A stretch of DNA of 29,759 nt from NCBI RefSeq assembly GCF_006345805.1, contig NW_021835669.1:1-29759 (forward strand), read 5' to 3'. Source of the stretch: Octopus sinensis. Taxonomy: Eukaryota. This document shows, piece by piece, positions 21,790 to 29,759 of the stretch (position 1 is its first letter; every line of letters starts with the position of its first letter). A program made the position numbers and the translations under genes. Under the pieces are notes generated by a model that saw only the letters and a program-made list of their open reading frames with translations, was not told where the DNA came from and did no database searches.

Positions 21790-22105
21790 GGAGGCATCCC
21801 CAAGAAATTGAATAATTTAGGAAATAAATTTATTGCTTTACGGATTTGGATCCAGTTTGTTGCCTTCGAATTAGTTCCTTCTATTGCGGAAAACATCGCT
21901 TCTAATTTTGTTCCAGTTAAGAAATGCATCATGAAAAGCCTTTTCTGAGGTAGTTCGCATTCCTAGTAACGAATTTTCTTCAATTTCTTGTATCGCTGAA
22001 AACATTTGTGAATATTCTGTGTAGATTTCATATTTTGAATAAAAAAACAATTACTTGCAAATCCGGAGAGTAAGGTAGCTGGTGGATGAAAATTGTTCCC
22101 TGGTT
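21790..22105 (-). pseudogene. Third mariner lineage: transposase C-terminal remnant
   Basis: Reads IHQLPYSPDLQVIVFLFKI* and, after a frameshift, MFSAIQEIEENSLLGMRTTSEKAFHDAFLNWNKIRSDVFRNRRN*FEGNK. This is in gap-free register with the recalled mariner ending RF..IEEIK..SL..L.......AY...F..WK.RW.KC....GDYFEGDK. The left boundary is approximate. Confidence 0.78.
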
Positions 22106-22152
22106 AATACATACGTACATAAATGCATGGATGCATACATTTATGCATGTAT

Positions 22153-22548
22153 GAGTGGCTGTGTGGTAAGTAGCTTGTTTACCAACCACATGGTTCCGGG
22201 TTCCGTCCCATTGCGTGGCACCTTGGGCAAGTGTCTTCTACTATAGCATCGGGCCGACCAAAGCCTTGTGAGTGGATTTGGTAGAGGGAAACTGAAAGAA
22301 GCCCGTCGTATATATGTATATATATGCGTGTGTGTGTTGTGTGTCTGTGTTTTGTCCCCCTGGCATTGCTTGACACCGATGCTGGTGTGTTTATGTCCCC
22401 GTTACTTTAGCGGTTCGGCAAAGAGACCGATAGAATAAGTACTGGCTTACATAGAATAGTCCCTGGGGTCGAGTGCTCGATTAAAGCGGTGCTCCAGCAT
22501 GGCCGCAGTCAAGTGACTGAAACAATAAAAGAGTAAAGAAGTAAAGAG
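22153..22548 (+). mobile_element. SINE type B, full length
   Basis: gagtggctgtgtggtaagtagc...gcaccttgggcaagtgtcttc...gactgaaacaataaaagagtaaag. Confidence 0.92.
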
Positions 22549-22700
22549 CATGCATTAATGTATGTACGTATGTATGTACATATGCATGTATGTATGCGTG
22601 CATGCATGCATGTATTTATGTATGAATGCATGTTTGTATGTACGTATGCATGTATGTATACAAGCATTTATGTATGCACGTATGCATGTATGTATGTACT
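22549..22700. repeat. (ATGT/ATGC)n tetranucleotide repeat
   Basis: Direct reading. Confidence 0.9.
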
Positions 22701-22711
22701 TTTCTCTTTTT

Positions 22712-23035
22712 GCACTCCGTCGGTTGCGACGACGAGGGTCCCAGCTGATACGATCAACGGAACAGCCTGCTCGTGAAATTAACGTGCAAGTGGCTGAGCA
22801 CTCCACAGACACATGTACCCTAAACGTAGTTCTCGGGGAGATTCAGCGTGACACAGAATGTGACAAGGCTGGTCCTTTGAAATACAGGTACAACTCATTT
22901 TTGCCAGCTGAGTGGACTGGAGCAACGTGAAATAAAGTGTCTTGCTCAAGGAGACAACGCGTCGCCGGGAATTGAACTCACGACCTTACAGTCATGAGCC
23001 GAATGCCTCTAACCACTAAGCCACGCGCCTTTCCA
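22712..23035 (-). mobile_element. Composite SINE: D-type head and body with tail T1 (22712-22885)
   Basis: D body (tttttgccagctgagtggactggagcaacgtgaaat) is joined at AAATAC to a tail shared with 23153-23325. TSD tgtatgtactt at 22691-22701 and 23036-23046. Confidence 0.88.
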
Positions 23036-23152
23036 TGTATGTACTTATATGTATGTTTGTTTTCACGTAGGTATGTATGCATTTATGTTTGTGTGGATGT
23101 GTGTGTATGTATTTATACTTACGTGTGTGTATGTGTGTGTTTTTGTATGGAA

Positions 23153-23523
23153 GCACTCCGTCGGTTACGACGACGAGGGTTCCGGTTGATCCGATCACGG
23201 AACAGCCTGCTCGTGAAATTAACGTGTAAGTGGCTGAGCACTCCACAGACACGTGTACCCTCAACGTAGTTCTCGGGGATATTCAGCGTGACACAGAGAG
23301 TGACAAGTCCGGCCCTTTGAAATACAACAGAAACAGGAAGTAAGAGTGAGAGAAAGTTGTGGTGAAAGAGTACAGCAGGGATCACCACCATCCCCTGCCG
23401 GAGTCTCGTGGAGCTTTAGGTGTTTTCGCTCAATAAACACTCACAACGCCCGGTCTGGGAATCGAAACCGCGCTCTTACGACTGCGAGTCCGCTGCCCTA
23501 ACCACTGGGCCATTGCGCCTCCA
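23153..23523 (-). mobile_element. Composite SINE: C-type head and body with tail T1 (23153-23325)
   Basis: C body (ggagctttaggtgttttcgctcaataaacac) with the T1 tail. TSD ttttgtatg at 23141-23149 and 23525-23533. Confidence 0.9.
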
Positions 23524-23887
23524 CTTTTGTATGTGTGTGCGTGTGTGTATGTTTGAATAACATGCCTACTGTTTGTGTAAGCCGAGATTTGTAATGGTTG
23601 CATGATTTCACGATGCAGTGAGAGTTGTATTTCAGGTTCGAATCATTTACGGTTGACTGATATTACAAAAACAAAAAGTATTCTGCACATAATATGTGCA
23701 CTTGATATGCATACTGCAGATGTATCAAATCCTTATACCTTTGCACTGCTGCAACTAGTCTTGATCCACCTAGGCACGGCCATACTGCAGCACGTCATAA
23801 AACGTTTACAACGCACTGTTTAGCCATATGAACATATTCTGTCCCATTTACCTCTTTCCCTCTTGCTCTCTCTCTCTCTTTCTCTCC

Positions 23888-23918
<31 letters not shown>

Positions 23919-24161
23919 CCTCTCTCACACACACTCTTTCTTTTTTCGTTAGGCTCCTCGATCTATATAACAATTTTCACGTCATACATCGTCTAGCGTT
24001 GGTTTATTATATTTTATACGGAAAGTAATTCTACCATGAATTAATGGAGAACTTGTTTGCCAGAGTATTTGCGTTGTGTGTGTGTGTGCGTGTGTCCGTG
24101 TGTGCGTGTGTGTGTGTGTCACATGGTGCATGTTGGGGTACATTGGTGTTTGTGATATTAC

Positions 24162-24591
24162 AGAGAAGAAAGAGAAGGGGAGGAGGAGGAGGAGGTGAAG
24201 TAGAAGACGAAGAAGGAAGAGAAGAAAAGAAGAAAAGAAGAAGAAGGAGGAGGAGGGGAGCAGAAGCGAAGAAGAAGAAGAAGACGAGAAGAAGAAGGGA
24301 GAAGAAGAAGAAAAGAAGAAGAAGAAGAAGAAGAGAAGAAGGAGAGAGAAGGAGGAGGGAGGAAGGAAAAGAGAAGAAGAAGAAGACAAGAAGAAGACGG
24401 AGAAGAAGGAGGAGAAGAGGAGAAGAAGGAGAAAAAGAAGAAGACGGAGAAGAGGGAGGAGAAAGAGGAGGAGGATGAGGAGTAGAAGAAAGAGGAAACG
24501 GAGGAGAAGGAGAAGAAGGAGGAGGAGAAGAAGAAGGAGAAGAAGAAGGAGAAGAAGAAGCGGAGAAGAAGAAGAAGAAGAAGAAGAAGAA
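24162..24591. repeat. (GAA/GGA)n polypurine tract, 430 nt
   Basis: Direct reading; only about 14 pyrimidines. Confidence 0.96.
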
Positions 24592-24654
24592 TGGTTAAAG
24601 GAGTTTTGAAACGTGCTTTAAAAGTTTATTGTCACAGAGTTGTATGGGATAATT

Positions 24655-25371
24655 TAATCATATATGCATATATATATATGTATACACACACAGATATATA
24701 TGTGTTTATATATACATATACATATGTATGTTATCTATGTTTATATCTATGTTCATATACGTATATTGTGCATACACTATGTACAAACACATACAAACAT
24801 ATATACATACATATATAAATATATATATATATGTATGTATTTTATTTATACTTGTATATATACATACGCATATATGTATATATGTATATATTTATATACA
24901 CACACCCATTCATATTTATATGCATTGCATATGTCTATGTATGCTTATATATATATATATATATGTGTGAGCGTATTTATGCTTCTGTGTATACGCTTGA
25001 AGCGTGTTGCGTTACTATAACAATTCTTATTTTAATGCATTTAAATGTCAGTGCTGCACCTGCCAAGCAGGTATACATGCTACAATTGATTTCTGACAGC
25101 TCTCTCCTGAGTGTGGTCCTATCTATAAGCATTACAATACAATACAATACATTTACATTACATTTACATTACATTACATTACATTACATCACATCACGTT
25201 ACATTTCATTACGTTACGCTGCGTTTCTAAAACAGAGTTGGTTTGTTTGAGCTTCAAATCTGATTGTGTAAAGCTTCATGCTTACATAAGAAAATATAAG
25301 CTATTTCTCCTGCTTGCCTTTTTTTTTATTTATGAAAGCAGCGTGTACTATATATTATATATATATATTAT

Positions 25372-25419
<48 letters not shown>

Positions 25420-25493
25420 GAGTGGTTTGTATGTGTGTGTTGTAGTATGTAGTTGTGTGTATATCTATATATATTATAGAGAGAGAGAGAGAG

Positions 25494-25529
<36 letters not shown>

Positions 25530-25530
25530 A
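24655..25530. repeat. (AT/AC)n blocks, (TACAT)-type pentamer repeat (25135-25215), and (AT)n/(GA)n/(GATA)n
   Basis: Direct reading. Confidence 0.85.
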
Positions 25531-25617
25531 GTTGCTGTGTGATAAGTAGGGGTTGCTAACGAACCACATGGTTCCCGGTTCAGTCCCCTGCGTGACACCT
25601 GGCCAAGTGTCTTGTAC

Positions 25618-25650
<33 letters not shown>

Positions 25651-25944
25651 TATATATATAGAATATATATATATATATATTTGTGTTTGTGTTTGGTATG
25701 TGTTGTGAGGTGCGTATGTTTGTATACGTATATATATATATATGTTTTAAGAGAGAGTGTGTGTGTGTGTGTGTGTGTGTGATCTTATGTGTGAGTGCGT
25801 GTATGTATGTGCATATCTTTTGTTTTTGTATTGGTCTTGCTACCAACCGCTTGATAATGGGAGTTCGTTTGTTTCCGTTCCCGTAACCAAGAGATTACCC
25901 AAAATGATGCCGATAGGATAAGTACCCACACTTTACAAAAAAAT
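25528..25944 (+). mobile_element. Old SINE type B, interrupted at a TA by a mariner
   Basis: Head at 25528-25620 (gaaccacatggttcccggttcagtccc...ccaagtgtcttgtactat) and degenerate body at 25830-25944 (ccaaccgcttgataa...ccgtaac...gccgataggataagtac). Confidence 0.7.
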
Positions 25945-25946
25945 TA

Positions 25947-26394
25947 TTGGTTTGTCCGGAAAGTTCGTGCCAGATTTTTAAAGGAAAGTAAAAGGTCAAT
26001 TAATGAATACTTGCCATTACATTTTTAATCAACCAAATATGAACCATTTTGTTGCACAATGCGTCTCCATCTTTCCTTTAACTTGAAAATACCCTCTTCC
26101 CAGAATTGAGGTGGTTTCATGGCAAAGAACTCATCAACGTATCTTTTTACGTCATCCAAAGAATTAAAATTTTTACCATTAAGACTATTCTGCAGAGACC
26201 TGAATAAGTGGAAATCCGAAGGAGCAATATCTGGTGAATATGGAGGGTGGGGTAACACATCCCAGCCGAGCTGCAGCAATTTTTATCTAGTTCCCAAAGC
26301 ATCAAGTGCCGAAAATGAACTTTCTTACCTTCCATTTTAAAGAGTTACAGAATTAACACAGGTTATAGGAACATAAACCTTCTTCCACGAAAAG
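25947..26394 (-). mobile_element. Internally deleted mariner, copy 2 (5' TIR missing)
   Basis: TA followed by ttggtttgtccggaaagttcgtgcc. ORF 26025-26279 contains PHPPYSPDIAPSDFHLFRSLQNSL, and the deletion junction is the same as in copy 1. Confidence 0.94.
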
Positions 26395-26424
26395 CTTAAT
26401 ATGGTTAGTATGTCTCCGCTTTAT

Positions 26425-26661
26425 GCGGCGAGCTGGCAAAAACGTTAGCACACCGGGCGAAATGCTCAACGGTATTTCGTCTGTCGTTACGTTCTGAGTT
26501 CAAATTCCGCCGAGGTCGACTTTGCCTTTCATCCTTTCGGGGTCGATAAATTAAGTACCAGTTATGTACTGGGGTCGATGTAATCGATTTAATCCGTTTT
26601 TCTGTCCTTGTTTGTCCCCTCTGTGTTTAGCCCCTTGTGGGTAGTAAAGATATAGGTATTT
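26425..26661 (+). mobile_element. SINE type A, full length
   Basis: gcggcgagctggcaaaaacgttagc...gtagtaaagatataggtattt. Confidence 0.93.
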
Positions 26662-27079
26662 ATCTCACCGCTAGCGATGTAAATCAGAGCGCATTTTGTC
26701 ACCAAAAGCCAATATAAGAATTTCTCTCATGGTAACTACCGCAGTATAGTTTGTTCTAACACGTTTAAGGGGGCATAAATATTACCGCTTCAAATAGTAT
26801 AAGTAAATGCTATGTAAAAGGGAGCAAAGCTTCTGTGTGGCTTTTTGGTAAAATTTAGGATTATATCTATTTTTATGGATTCTAGCAGGGTTATTGACTA
26901 AAGTAACTATCATCGAAAACAACGGCATTATATTTTTAGCTATAGTGTGTTTGTGGAAGTTCGCCTTTATATTCCAAGTGACATTGTAAGTTTAATTTTT
27001 CAGTAATTGTATGTGCTGAAGCGATTAGTGACGTAACAACCTGCCCTAATAAGAGCAAGATTAAAGCTAAAATTAGGAA

Positions 27080-27392
27080 TGCTTGTGTTTGTGTGTGTGT
27101 ATCTGTGTGTGGGGGGGGGGTAGTGTGTGTGTGTGTGTGTCAGTGTGTGTGTGTGTGTGTGTGAGTGTGTGAGTGTGTGTGTGTGTCAGTGTGTGTTGTG
27201 TTATCAAAGCTATCACTGAGCCTTTGTGTGTATGCATGCGTGTGTGTGTATTTGTGTGTGTGCATGCATGTGTGTGTGTATTTGTGTGTGGGCATACATA
27301 CATACATAAATAAAAACACATATATAATAAATAATGTAATATATACTTGTGTGTGTGTGTGCATGCGTGCGTGCGTGTGTGTGTGTGTGTGT
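27080..27392. repeat. (GT)n-rich compound microsatellite
   Basis: Direct reading. Confidence 0.92.
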
Positions 27393-27829
27393 AAAGGAAT
27401 TTTTCAGGGAAGGAAACATTGCGGTTGCTGGCTTTGCGCATGCGTTAAGTGTGATCTATTAGATAAAGATTTTACTATACAGCTGTTTTTTATTGCATAA
27501 TTCGAATTTTACTCTGCTTATGTGGCGCCATCTGGCTAATTCGATTTCGTTTCGGAAATGACACCAGAAGGTGACATTGAAAAGTCACACAGACGGCGAA
27601 TTACTTATCATGTCGCTCTTACGTTCGCTTTTAACTCAATAAAGGGATTTTCTTTTCCCGTTGGAGCACCACTTTGAACAGTTTATGCGTTAAAAAATCA
27701 TCTCAGTACAGTATTTAGCATGTCTTTCAAATGACACCGGTTGTCAAGCCGTGGGACAATAATCACAAAAATGTACACACACACACACACACACACCGTA
27801 ATTGACATAATTGAAATGTACACATAGAC

Positions 27830-28012
27830 GCAGGAGTGGCTGTGTGGTATAGGCAGAGTGGCTGTGTGGTAAGTAGCTTGCTTACGAACCAAATAGTTCC
27901 GGATTCAGTCCCACTGCGTGGCGTCTTGGGCAAGTGTCTTCTACTATAGCCTCAGGCCGATCAAAGCCTTGTGAGTGGATTTGGTAGACGGAAACTGAAA
28001 GAAGCCCGCCGT
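27830..28012 (+). mobile_element. SINE type B head-only unit with a duplicated first 20 nt
   Basis: gcaggagtggctgtgtggta is repeated at 27853, then continues to gaaagaagcccgcc and stops in (TA)n. Confidence 0.9.
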
Positions 28013-28035
28013 ATATATGTATATATATATATACA

Positions 28036-28436
28036 TGGCAGTGTGGTAAGTAGCTTGCTCACGAACCACATGGTTCCGGGTTCAGTCCCACTGCGTGGCA
28101 CCTTTTGCAAGTGTCTTCTACTATAGCCTCGGGCCGACCAAAGCCTTGTAAGTGGATTTGGCAGACGGAAACTGAAAGAAGCCCATCCTATATATATATT
28201 TATGCATGTGTGTGTGGTGTATCTTTGTGTGTCTGTGTTTGTCCCCTCAACATCACTTGTGTGTTTACGATGCTGGCGTGTTTACGTCTCCGTAACTTAG
28301 CGGTTCGCCAAAAGGCACAATAGAATAAGTGCTAGACTTACAAAGAATAAGTCCTGGGGTCGATTTGCTCGACTAAAGGCGGTGCTCCAGCATGGCCGCA
28401 GTCAGATCACTAAAACAAGTAAAAGAATAAAAGAAT
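28036..28436 (+). mobile_element. SINE type B, near full length
   Basis: Head, internal microsatellite, body and (AAAAGAAT)n tail. Confidence 0.92.
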
Positions 28437-28477
28437 ATAATATATATAATAATATATAATATAATATAATATATATA

Positions 28478-28529
<52 letters not shown>

Positions 28530-28720
28530 TATATATATTATAGATTTATATAGATTTATATATATATTATATATATATATTATATAGATTTATATAGATT
28601 TATATAGATTTATATATATAATATATATACATGTATGTGGGCGTGTGTGTGTGTGGGTGTCTGAGTCTGTGTGTGTCCTTGTATGAGTGCGTGTGCGCGT
28701 GTGTGTGTGTTTGTCCCAAA
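28437..28720. repeat. (TA)n with TATAGATTTA decamer repeats, then (GT)n
   Basis: Direct reading. Confidence 0.9.
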
Positions 28721-28747
28721 CCAGCGCCTGACAACCTGTTTTCGTGT

Positions 28748-29212
28748 GCTTACTTGTTTTGTTCATTAGAGTACGGCCATGCTGGGGCACAGCCTTGAAG
28801 AATTTCTTGTCGAAGGAATCGATTCCAGCGATTAATTTTTGTTAGGCCTGGTACTTATCCCATCGCTCTCTTTTGCCGAACCGCTAATTTACGAGACACC
28901 GGCACCGGTTGTCAAGAAGTGTTGGGGGACACACACAGACATGAAGATACTGATACACATACGTATTTGTGTGCTTGTGTGTGTGTGTGTATGCATGTAT
29001 GTGTTATGTGTGTGTGTCTGTGTCTGCGCGTGTATGTGTGTATACACGACGTACTTCTTTCAGAGTCATCCCACCAAATCTGTTCACAAGGCTCCGGTCG
29101 GCCCGAGGCTATAATAAAAGACTCTTGCCCAAGGTGCCACACAGTGGAATTGAACCCGGGGCCAGTGGGATTGAAGCCGGGTTGGGAAGCAAGCTTCTTA
29201 ACACACAGCCAC
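28748..29212 (-). mobile_element. Older SINE type B, full length
   Basis: ggccatgctgggg...ttttgccgaaccgctaa...cttgcccaaggtgccacacagtgg...aacacacagccac. Confidence 0.85.
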
Positions 29213-29319
29213 GTTTGTATTCATGCGCATGCATGAATATCTGAATGTGGTTGTGCGTGTTTGTGCTTGCATGTGATGTTACATCTATTGTGTACATTCG
29301 TACCAGATTCATAGCTTCA

Positions 29320-29354
29320 TGCATATATATATATATATATATAATCTATATCTA

Positions 29355-29400
<46 letters not shown>

Positions 29401-29510
29401 ATATATATATAATTATTTATATTTATATATATATATATATAGATATTAGAGATACTTATATACAATATATATAGATAGATAGATATATGCATATATACAT
29501 ATATACATAC
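29320..29510. repeat. (AT)n microsatellite
   Basis: Direct reading. Confidence 0.93.
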
Positions 29511-29759
29511 ATATTGCATTTTCATCTTTTGTATGTAAAACGCTTCACTACACACAATGTTTTCGTGCGAAAAATTATTTCTTGTGCAAACATTTTTTGT
29601 GTTTGTTTGTTTTTTTTTTGTTTTTTTTTTGTTTTGTTTTTTTTTTGTATTTAAAACATAAGCAGAACATGACATGTAGCTAACACATCCCTGTGTGCAA
29701 AATCAGAAAAAAAAACTTGCAAAGACTGGATGTTTATTGAACCATAAGACACTTACAAA

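Noticed and set aside
21606-21932. 108-aa minus-strand ORF as a host gene exon
   Set aside because: No good splice acceptor, no recognised homology, and its 5' part is better explained as an alternate frame of a mariner remnant.
26025-26279. 84-aa ORF as a functional transposase or SETMAR-like gene
   Set aside because: It is only the C-terminal fragment of an internally deleted element, starts at TTG, and is out of frame with the N-terminus.
27522-27535. CTCF-like motif (CCAGATGGCGC on the minus strand)
   Set aside because: It matches only the 3' core of the consensus, and a single short hit is not evidence.

Overview
This is eukaryotic, AT-rich, repeat-dense DNA. It is most likely from an octopus or other coleoid cephalopod, judged from recalled SINE sequences and the density of (AT)n/(CA)n microsatellites; no search was run. 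I recognise no intact host gene, tRNA, rRNA or CRISPR array, and most ORFs in the track are microsatellite translations. The window holds about 25 copies or fragments of four tRNA-headed SINE types (my labels A-D), three distinct mariner-type lineages, a Tigger/pogo transposase remnant and two staggered RTE-type LINE remnants. The most unusual structure is a palindromic (foldback) element found as two partial, complementary copies (10691-10938 and 17455-17946), both abutting (TA)n arrays. Together they reconstruct a palindrome of roughly 450 bp. Other notable points are the hexamer GTATTT recurring at several SINE junctions, two different SINE heads sharing one 3' tail (each with its own target-site duplication), and two diverged long inverted repeats enclosing microsatellite islands. 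All identities are hand counts and approximate.
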